64,000 bases of DNA from Candidatus Poribacteria bacterium (GTDB taxonomy: Bacteria; Poribacteria; WGA-4E; WGA-3G). Every line of letters starts with the position of its first letter. The first letter of the stretch is position 1. The notes below the pieces were generated by a model. That model was not told where the DNA came from. It saw only the letters and a list, made by a program, of their open reading frames with translations, and did not search any database. The position numbers and the translations under genes were made by a program. Shown here one piece after another: positions 56,762-64,000 of this stretch. The stretch spans positions 85,405 through 149,404 of the forward strand of contig CBDHCS010000001.1 in assembly GCA_965261125.1 (NCBI GenBank). The letters run 5' to 3'.

Positions 56762-58000
56762 TTAGGGCTGAAATTCCGCTGCATCCACATAATAAATAAA
56801 GCCGATACACATTTCATCTGTGGTTTTGTCTCCCCAACCGACTGGGATAGGTGGGTCATGCGGGTTAGCAGGATTAGATGCAGAATTGTCGAAATGAGCG
56901 ACAAGCGAAACCTGCGTGCCTGCGGGAAGGAAAATAGGTTTTTGATAGTGGTAGATGTCCTGCCAGTTGAAATCCCAATCCTGTATCCAGATAAGGTCAA
57001 TTGGAGCACCTGTAGGAGGCTTAGCGATAATCCGCATGTCGCGGCCGAGGAGATGCATGTGCGGCATAGTAGCTAACAGATAACTGTCTTTCTTGACACG
57101 TCTGGATGCGTGAACAGCATATTTCGCCTCGCCTGCTGGAATCATAAATTTATCGTTGATTGCCGAGCCGATTTGCAAAGGGACTGTTTTCGCTGTTTTG
57201 GAGAAGTACAGTCCCATCCGCGATTGGTCACGCTCTGTATGTCCAGTGCGGTAGTAGTGTACCTGCAGGACGATGTCTGCACCTTTCGGCAATAGATACC
57301 CAACGCCTTCAGGTAGAACGGAAGGTGTAACGCCGGGTGCCCATCCACCGAGTGTTCCCGCGATATCTATGCCGGGGCCCGTGCCTTCTGTGACATATCC
57401 GGGTTTTGGGTCTTGTGCTGCAAGTTTTCGTCCTTGTCCTGCTGTATCCAAGTATGCGATAACGTGATGGACTGTCCTACGGTTGCCCGGTTGCACGTCT
57501 ACTGCCTGAACATATATATCTGTGTCAAAGTTGGTGGGAATGATAAAGTGTCTATATTCGTCTTCACCTTCCGGTTCGATCTCGTATTCAACAGGCATTT
57601 CAACGATGTGGTCGGGTTCTCCGAGTGCCCATCCATCATGAAATTTGGGGTTCGGAGGTGCCGTTGAGAGGTCACCTGCAGGGGCACCAGCCTTTGCCCA
57701 TTTAGTTATCATTTGAATTTCTTTGTCGGTTAATCTGCGTTCATTTTTGAAGTCCCCGTAGCCGTGTGCGGGTTTCCAAGGCGGCATCAGTCGTGCTTTG
57801 GTGTATTCAGCGATTTCGGTTGCCCATGCTTTTGCCTCACGATAGTCGGTCAGTGAAAACGGGGCAACTTCGCCTTGTCGGTGGCAGGTTTGGCACTGCT
57901 TCTGTAGGATTGGTGCAATGTGCTCACTATAGGTAATCTCTGCTTGGAGAGTGGGTGCTAACAGTACGAATGTAATAAGTATGATTAAGAATTTTTTCAT
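56762..58000 (-). CDS. Secreted copper monooxygenase-like protein with N-terminal CxxCH
   Basis: Signal peptide, CQTCH, MPPW, VHHV, LQVHY, PHMHLLG, WDFNWQ, DEMCIG. Confidence 0.85.
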   Translation of the reverse strand: MKKFLIILITFVLLAPTLQAEITYSEHIAPILQKQCQTCHRQGEVAPFSLTDYREAKAWATEIAEYTKARLMPPWKPAHGYGDFKNERRLTDKEIQMITKWAKAGAPAGDLSTAPPNPKFHDGWALGEPDHIVEMPVEYEIEPEGEDEYRHFIIPTNFDTDIYVQAVDVQPGNRRTVHHVIAYLDTAGQGRKLAAQDPKPGYVTEGTGPGIDIAGTLGGWAPGVTPSVLPEGVGYLLPKGADIVLQVHYYRTGHTERDQSRMGLYFSKTAKTVPLQIGSAINDKFMIPAGEAKYAVHASRRVKKDSYLLATMPHMHLLGRDMRIIAKPPTGAPIDLIWIQDWDFNWQDIYHYQKPIFLPAGTQVSLVAHFDNSASNPANPHDPPIPVGWGDKTTDEMCIGFIYYVDAAEFQP

Positions 58001-58348
58001 CGATTCAGGAGTATCCTCCAGTGTGATTTGTTTATATTATAGTATGATTTAGAGGGGATGTCAAGTTAATTGAGGGGTGTGCCTAATTATTTGGTACATC
58101 CACATAGACGATAATACCAAATTGACGCGATAATTCTCAGTAGATTAGGAACCACCTCGCTAAATACCATACGGGGAATGCTTTTGGCATCAATTCACCG
58201 GGTTTTTGGAAAATTAGAATTACCGAGTTAAAAACTTAATCTTCATGAAGTTTGTGCTACATAGCTAGCAACTTGAGTTATGATAATTGCAGTTTTCGAT
58301 TGCATGATCAGATTAATTGTGAATATCGCAGTTTTATGATTTTTTTTC

Positions 58349-58469
58349 TTGACATGCAGGTTTTTGCATGATATAACGTTAATGTAATTTTCGTACCTTG
58401 GCGTTACATTGATTGTAAGCACTCAGTTTTTTGTTACTTTTTGACATTAGTATTTCAGTATGATATATT
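58349..58469 (+). promoter_or_regulatory. Two tandem sigma70 promoters upstream of the TA pair
   Basis: TTGACA-17-TATAAC (spacer carries CATGCA...TGCATG palindrome) and TTGACA-17-TATATT. Confidence 0.55.
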
Positions 58470-58508
58470 AGATATGTTTGCATGCCGCTGGTCAAAACGG
58501 AGTAAACT

Positions 58509-59201
58509 ATGTCAACCAATAAACAAAGTACAGCGCACACACCACTAACAGTGGATCATGTTGAATTAGACATTGCGTTTGAAGATGCTGGCGGATTAAG
58601 TCCAGCTGAATATCAAAAACCGGCTCCCAGTTCACTCACTCCCAAAACGGTTGAGGCATCTCAATCGCTTGCTGTGGCTGTGGATACATTGGTTGATGTA
58701 GTCGGACGGAATGAGAGTCATCTCTTGGCCTCGTTGAATTCCAACGATTATCAACAACTTGTTGGAGCTTTGGAGGTTTTGACTGTTGTCGTTGGCGAGA
58801 ATAAAAATCATCTTTTAACTCCCTTGATGGACTCCATTGACACCCTTATTGAGAAGTGTAAAAACGACATTGAAGAGGGTAATGAGGAGAAATTTGATAT
58901 GAAAACCCAAAATCATTCCTTGGGTCAAGGCATGCCCAAACTGCATCGTCCTGAAAAGGTTGGGCGTCCGGCAACACGATCCCGCGTGAAACTGTCTGAC
59001 CTCCTTGCACAAGATGCCAATATGACTGGATCCAATGGTGCTGCAACTGAAAGACCTTTTAAACTGCATCGTCCTGAAAAGGTTGGGCGTCCGGCAACAC
59101 GATCCCGCGTGAAACTGGCGGACCTCTTAGCACAAGAAACTGATGATACCACATCCGGAGAGGTAAAGACCGGGCCCCCGGTAGGTAACGAAGTATGGTA
59201 A
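58509..59201 (+). CDS. Atypical MazE-like antitoxin with internal duplications
   Basis: C-terminus KLADLLAQ...GEVKTGPPVGNEVW resembles the MazE tail; overlaps the toxin start. Confidence 0.65.
   Translation: MSTNKQSTAHTPLTVDHVELDIAFEDAGGLSPAEYQKPAPSSLTPKTVEASQSLAVAVDTLVDVVGRNESHLLASLNSNDYQQLVGALEVLTVVVGENKNHLLTPLMDSIDTLIEKCKNDIEEGNEEKFDMKTQNHSLGQGMPKLHRPEKVGRPATRSRVKLSDLLAQDANMTGSNGAATERPFKLHRPEKVGRPATRSRVKLADLLAQETDDTTSGEVKTGPPVGNEVW
58938..59117 (+). repeat. 57-bp exact direct repeat
   Basis: 58938-58994 equals 59061-59117; encodes KLHRPEKVGRPATRSRVKL. Confidence 0.9.
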
Positions 59202-59557
59202 CATCAGCCCAGTACGACCCGGAATACGTCCCGGTGAGAGGTGACGTTATGTGGATAGATTTTGATCCTCAAGCCGGGAATGAAACAATGAAACGGCGGC
59301 CCGCCCTTGTTTTATCCTCTGCAGATTTCAACTATTGGCGAAAGGTTGCTGTTGTTTGTCCTATTACCCGAACTGTCAGAACGAGTCGTTTTGCTGTTGT
59401 TATTCCAGAAGGTCTTTCAGTGCATGGGGCAATTCAGACAGATCAAATCAAGTGTTTGGATTGGCATGCAAGAAATGCTGTTTTTGAGATTGAAATGCCA
59501 GATGAAATAGTGGAACAAGTCTCCGAAATGGTTGCAGCGATAATATGGGCAGACTAA
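59195..59557 (+). CDS. mazF: MazF/PemK family endoribonuclease toxin
   Basis: YVPVRGDVMWIDFDPQAGNE..KRRPALVLS..CPIT..DQIKCLDW.AR. Confidence 0.92.
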   Translation: MVTSAQYDPEYVPVRGDVMWIDFDPQAGNETMKRRPALVLSSADFNYWRKVAVVCPITRTVRTSRFAVVIPEGLSVHGAIQTDQIKCLDWHARNAVFEIEMPDEIVEQVSEMVAAIIWAD

Positions 59558-59722
59558 GTTTTACCAGCTTCAAAAGCAATAATATGGAAATTGGTGTCTG
59601 TAAACAAGATATACGACTAGTTAACACATCCCGCCCCGAAATATCTCCTAAAAAACGAATCCTGATACACGAAATTGGTATGAGATTTTCTATTCTCTTC
59701 AAATATATTATTAAGGAAAACC

Positions 59723-62002
59723 GTGAACGCAGAAACGCTCATTAAAATTATAAAGGACATCAATAATCCAGAGACAACTGGAACAGTTGAGGACACAATT
59801 GAGCAATGGCGTGCCGTGGCTATTCTTGCCGAAGCGATAGATGCTGAACTCGCTGCCCAAGCTTGGTTTTCAGTTGGCTCCCTCCTTTCAGAAAATGATC
59901 GAAAAGAAGAAGCACTTTCCGCTTATGACAAGTCCCTATCTCTCAAACCTAATGATGCTATTTTTTACAACGATCGAGGGGCTACAAAGGCGTTGCTCGG
60001 TCAATTTGAAGGGGCAATATCCGATTATAACGCAGCAATCCAGTTGAGCTCAGAATATGCGGACGCATACTACAACCGTGGGATTACCAAAGGTGAATTG
60101 GAGCAATATGAAGCCGCTATTGCCGACTATGATGCGGCAATACACCTGAATCCCGATTATACAGACACCTACTACAACCGTGGGATTGCCAAAGGTGAAT
60201 TGGAGCAATATGAAGCTGCCATTGCCGATTATGACGAGACAATTCGCTTGAATCCGGATCATGCGGACGCATACTACAACCGCGGCATTGCCAAAGGTGA
60301 ATTAAAGCAATACGAAGCTGCTATTGCCGACTATGACGAGGCAATTCGCATAAATCCCGATTATACAGACGCCTACTATAACCGCGGCGGCGCAAAGAAC
60401 GAAATTTACCACCATGAAGCAGCCATACTTGACTATGATGAGGCAATACGCCTGAAACCCGACTTTGCTGAGGCATACACCAACCGAGGCGTTGCAAAAT
60501 ACAATTTGGGACGACATGAGGCTGCGATCGTTGACTTTGATGAAACAATTCGTCTTAAACCAGATGATGCCTCTGCCTATTCCAACCGAGGCTATGCAAA
60601 GAGCCAAATTAACCAATTTGAGGATGCAATTGCAGACTGTGATGAGGCAGTCCGGTTAGATCCAACTTTAGCCGTAGCCTATAATAGACGCGGGATTGTG
60701 AAGAATCGGTTAGGACAGCACGAGGCTGCGATTGCTGACTTTGACGAAACAATCCGATTGGATCCAGAGTATCACTTTGGTTATCAGAATCGGGGTTATG
60801 TAAAAAACCAGCTTGGTCAATATGAGGCTGCAATTGTCGATTTTGATGAAGCCATTCGGCTAAAACCGGATCACGCCTTCGCCTACGACAGCCGAGGCTA
60901 TGCACGCGAAAAACTTGGACAAAAAGAGGCGGCCACTGCCGATTATGAGACAGCTGTTACTTGTTTAAACAAGGTAATTTGCTTAAACCCAAATTCTGCC
61001 ACTGCCTACAGCAATCGAGGCTATGCCAAAAGACAGTTAGGACAATATGAGGCAGCGATTGCGGATTATGATGAGGCAATACGACTTAACCCAAATTACG
61101 CCACTGCCTACAGCAATCGAGGCTATGCCAAAAGACAGTTAGGACAATATGAGGCAGCGATTGCGGATTATGATGAGGCAATACGACTAAATCCAAATTA
61201 CGTCACAGCATACGGCAATCGGGGATTTACGAAGAGAAAATTAGGTCAATATGAGGCTGCTATCGCAGACTATGACGAGGCAATACGACTAAATCCAAAT
61301 TATGCAATTGCCTACTATAATCGAGGCTATGCCAAAAGACAGTTAGGACAATATGAGGCTGCGATTGCGGATTATGATGAGGCAATACGACTTAATCCAG
61401 GTGATCCGATAGATTACTACAATCGTGGCTACGCGAAGCAGTTGTTAGGACAATACGAGGCTGCCATTGCGGATTATGATGAGGCAATACGTCTTAAAAC
61501 ACCTAATGATGCACTTGCTTACAACACTCGTGGGTACACGAAAGAGAAACTTAAACAACAGGAAGAAGCCATTGCAGATTATAAGCAGGCTGTCGCTAAC
61601 TATGATGAACAGATTCACCTTAAGCCAGATAATGCCGTCGCTTACAATGGCCGTGGGCTTGCCAAGATACGGTTAGGCGAATTTAAATTTGCAATTCCGG
61701 ACTTTGATGAAGCAATACGGTTGAAAACTGATTTTGACTCATCTTATAGTAATCGTGGCAGAGCAAAGAATGAGTTGGGGCAATATGAGTCTGCACTGAT
61801 TGACTGTAATGAGGCAATAAACCTCAAATCTGACAATGCTTTTGCCCACAAAAACCGAGGAATTGCGTATACTGGATTAGGGCAGATTCAGGAAGCAAAA
61901 TCAGACTATCAAACCGCGCTGAAACTGTTAGAACAGGTCCGCAATGAAAGCCTCAAAGTAGAAGTAGAGGAATTACTCCAAGAACTCGATAACACCGAGT
62001 AG
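59723..62002 (+). CDS. Tetratricopeptide repeat protein
   Basis: Many 34-aa AY.NRG.AK..LGQYEAAIADYDEAIRLNP units. Confidence 0.95.
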   Translation: MNAETLIKIIKDINNPETTGTVEDTIEQWRAVAILAEAIDAELAAQAWFSVGSLLSENDRKEEALSAYDKSLSLKPNDAIFYNDRGATKALLGQFEGAISDYNAAIQLSSEYADAYYNRGITKGELEQYEAAIADYDAAIHLNPDYTDTYYNRGIAKGELEQYEAAIADYDETIRLNPDHADAYYNRGIAKGELKQYEAAIADYDEAIRINPDYTDAYYNRGGAKNEIYHHEAAILDYDEAIRLKPDFAEAYTNRGVAKYNLGRHEAAIVDFDETIRLKPDDASAYSNRGYAKSQINQFEDAIADCDEAVRLDPTLAVAYNRRGIVKNRLGQHEAAIADFDETIRLDPEYHFGYQNRGYVKNQLGQYEAAIVDFDEAIRLKPDHAFAYDSRGYAREKLGQKEAATADYETAVTCLNKVICLNPNSATAYSNRGYAKRQLGQYEAAIADYDEAIRLNPNYATAYSNRGYAKRQLGQYEAAIADYDEAIRLNPNYVTAYGNRGFTKRKLGQYEAAIADYDEAIRLNPNYAIAYYNRGYAKRQLGQYEAAIADYDEAIRLNPGDPIDYYNRGYAKQLLGQYEAAIADYDEAIRLKTPNDALAYNTRGYTKEKLKQQEEAIADYKQAVANYDEQIHLKPDNAVAYNGRGLAKIRLGEFKFAIPDFDEAIRLKTDFDSSYSNRGRAKNELGQYESALIDCNEAINLKSDNAFAHKNRGIAYTGLGQIQEAKSDYQTALKLLEQVRNESLKVEVEELLQELDNTE

Positions 62003-62012
62003 AAGCAATTAA

Positions 62013-62783
62013 CTATGAAATCTCAGGTGGCGGTTCACCCACTGCAGACTTCCCACCCCGCAGCAACGGTTCCGCATTTCCCCACAAACGACTGCCATCG
62101 TGTGAAAGAAGCGGCTCCGCAGAATACTGCGCAAGGTAAGCACGCCGCATAGTATCGGTAGTATTTGTGCCACTACTGTGGAAATTAATGCTTGTGAACG
62201 CCACAATGCTTCCCGCAGGCACAATAGCAGGCACACCCTTTTCCGGTCCAAAATAACCTACAAGATCGTTACTACCTTCTTCACGGATATGCTTCACCCA
62301 CGAACGGACACCGATATGCGAAAAAGGCATAACGTATACCGTGCCGTTTTCCTCCGACATATCGTCAAGTGCACACCAACAAGTTAGGTATGGTTTGTGA
62401 TCAGGATATCCAACGTAACCAGAATCCTGATGCCAACTGAACTTCATGCCAGCTTCTGCCCCTTTGACAACATACTGTTCCCAAAAAAGATACGCTGTTT
62501 CACCTAAAGTAGCGCGGCAGACATCCGCCATTAAATCACTGAACAGAAACTCACGAAGTTTCGGTTGTTGCCTAAAGCAGTTCGAGACAAAATAACGTTT
62601 ATTACGATGATTAAGTCCCATCACATCCTTATTTTCGCGTTCCATCCGTTCATCCATTTGACTGATGAAATTTCCACACTCTCCGCGAAGCAATTCCAAA
62701 AGGTTTTCAGGAATCACACTTTCCAAAATGAAATATCCTTCCTCTTGGTACTGCTGTTTCTGTTCATTGGTAATGTTAATCAA
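62013..62783 (-). CDS. PhyH family dioxygenase
   Basis: QYQEEGYF, FSWHQDSGY, WCALDD..ENG, HSSGTN; TTG start after AGGAG. Confidence 0.9.
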   Translation of the reverse strand: MINITNEQKQQYQEEGYFILESVIPENLLELLRGECGNFISQMDERMERENKDVMGLNHRNKRYFVSNCFRQQPKLREFLFSDLMADVCRATLGETAYLFWEQYVVKGAEAGMKFSWHQDSGYVGYPDHKPYLTCWCALDDMSEENGTVYVMPFSHIGVRSWVKHIREEGSNDLVGYFGPEKGVPAIVPAGSIVAFTSINFHSSGTNTTDTMRRAYLAQYSAEPLLSHDGSRLWGNAEPLLRGGKSAVGEPPPEIS

Positions 62784-62794
62784 ATTGGGTTCTC

Positions 62795-63931
62795 CTATTC
62801 TATGTTTATTTTCCGTACAACCTGTCCGTTGCTTTCCCAATAGGTATGCTTACCCTTGATGTAGTCTGAATCTCCTGCCGGTTGGATATTCCCCTTCGTA
62901 TCAATAGCGCGCGAGACGATTGTATGTTCGCCTTTTGAAGGGTTGTCCCAATTGAGATGCCAGATTTTCCATGCGAATTCAGCGTCTTCTTCTGGGTCTA
63001 TTGTAGCTTCTTGCCACGGTCCACCGTCAATACGGACTTCAATCTTTTTGATAGGTGCGCCCCATGCAGCGCCATAAATACGGTATTGATCACCGCTACG
63101 TGTCACCTTCGCGGCTAACGATTTCAACTTTGTTCTACCAACTGAGGTTTCCATCCATACAGTGTCACCATCAGGACGTTTTTCCTCGCGTATCGTGACA
63201 TAATCACGCCCCATAAATCTCCCCATAAACCGAGTGTCGCGCACCTCAATCCGTTTGAGCCATTTGACACATGCAATGCCATACCAACCCGGGGCAATCA
63301 GACGAAGCGGGGCACCATTTGGATGTGGTAAAGGCACACCGTTCATCTCATAACAAAGTAAGTTAGTATCTTGTAGTGCATCTTCAACAGACATACTCCG
63401 TGCAAAGTTCTGACGCATGGTAACACCGCGACGCTTCTCTTCACCGGTATCGTGACCGAAGAAAATTACTTCAATACCATTCTCTTTTATACCAGCCTCT
63501 TTGAGAATCGGTGCAAGGGGTGTACCTCCCCATCTCGCGTTGCCAATTGCACCGGTAAACGTGGGAAATCCGTGGTTGCCAGAGCATTCCAATGTAAAGG
63601 TTACATCCTGCTTTGGTCGTGCCTTAATATCCTCAAAAGTAAGTGTCAACGGTTTTTCAACCAATCCACTGATCTCCAGCTTCCATGCCGCAAGGTCAAA
63701 TTTGGGTATGCCGTAATGGGAAACGTTGAAAAATTTGTCGTTTGGTGTGATGAACGAATCTAATTTGCTCCAATCTAATAAAACACGCCCCGAAGACTGT
63801 TCTGGTGGCTGATCCGTAAACGGGATAAGTTCTTCACCTTCCCTGTTCGGGAAAGCGTAAACTGCCCAAGGGCTAAGCAATAATCCTGTTAGCGTTAAGC
63901 CGCTACGCTGTAAAAAATCTCTGCGATCCAT
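62795..63931 (-). CDS. Tat-exported sulfite-oxidase-family molybdoenzyme
   Basis: DRRDFL Tat signal, LECSGN, YEMNGVPL..GAPLRL..PGWYG..VKWL. Confidence 0.92.
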   Translation of the reverse strand: MDRRDFLQRSGLTLTGLLLSPWAVYAFPNREGEELIPFTDQPPEQSSGRVLLDWSKLDSFITPNDKFFNVSHYGIPKFDLAAWKLEISGLVEKPLTLTFEDIKARPKQDVTFTLECSGNHGFPTFTGAIGNARWGGTPLAPILKEAGIKENGIEVIFFGHDTGEEKRRGVTMRQNFARSMSVEDALQDTNLLCYEMNGVPLPHPNGAPLRLIAPGWYGIACVKWLKRIEVRDTRFMGRFMGRDYVTIREEKRPDGDTVWMETSVGRTKLKSLAAKVTRSGDQYRIYGAAWGAPIKKIEVRIDGGPWQEATIDPEEDAEFAWKIWHLNWDNPSKGEHTIVSRAIDTKGNIQPAGDSDYIKGKHTYWESNGQVVRKINIE

Positions 63932-64000
63932 AGTAATCCCTCTACGCTTTTATTGCGGTGACGTAGTTAAGGTTAACCTGTGTCCAATTGACAATATTGC

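Noticed and set aside
59900-61900. Periodic repeats as a CRISPR array
   Set aside because: In-frame 102-bp TPR coding repeats, no unique spacers and no cas genes.
1-64000. Genome-wide UGA reassignment (genetic code 4 or 25)
   Set aside because: TGA ends several complete genes (mod at 28250, dehydratase at 42573, methyltransferase at 56681), and these lack the N20-CGTG hairpin.

Overview
Bacterial chromosomal window with about 55 protein genes. The gene content (three PhyH-family dioxygenases, an ECF sigma factor with a long C-terminal extension, a TPR protein, an orphan EutN shell gene, DUF5694 and ceramidase-like proteins) suggests Candidatus Poribacteria or a similar lineage; this is inference only. 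It contains two ECF sigma modules with secreted or outer-membrane target genes, a type III restriction-modification pair with a TIR gene, PIN, MazF and Rpn modules, ABC transporters, housekeeping genes (glgB, alr, rpsU, moeB) and many small palindromic REP/MITE-like elements, often nested. Main observation: two genes that the ORF track splits (a secreted DUF3179 protein and a rhodanese-MoeB fusion) each have an in-frame UGA at a conserved Cys position. Each UGA is followed by a hairpin whose loop begins CGUG exactly 21 nt after it, which points to two selenoproteins sharing a tightly constrained SECIS design. Other notable points: a GTAG-type REP embedded in frame inside a gene, a DUF5694 domain flanked by an 18-bp direct repeat, an Rpn gene with an internal small-protein start and a spare C-terminal cassette, and a promoter-to-terminator unit of about 300 nt with no recognisable gene. 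No rRNA, tRNA or CRISPR array was recognised. All assignments come from reading the sequence; no searches were run.
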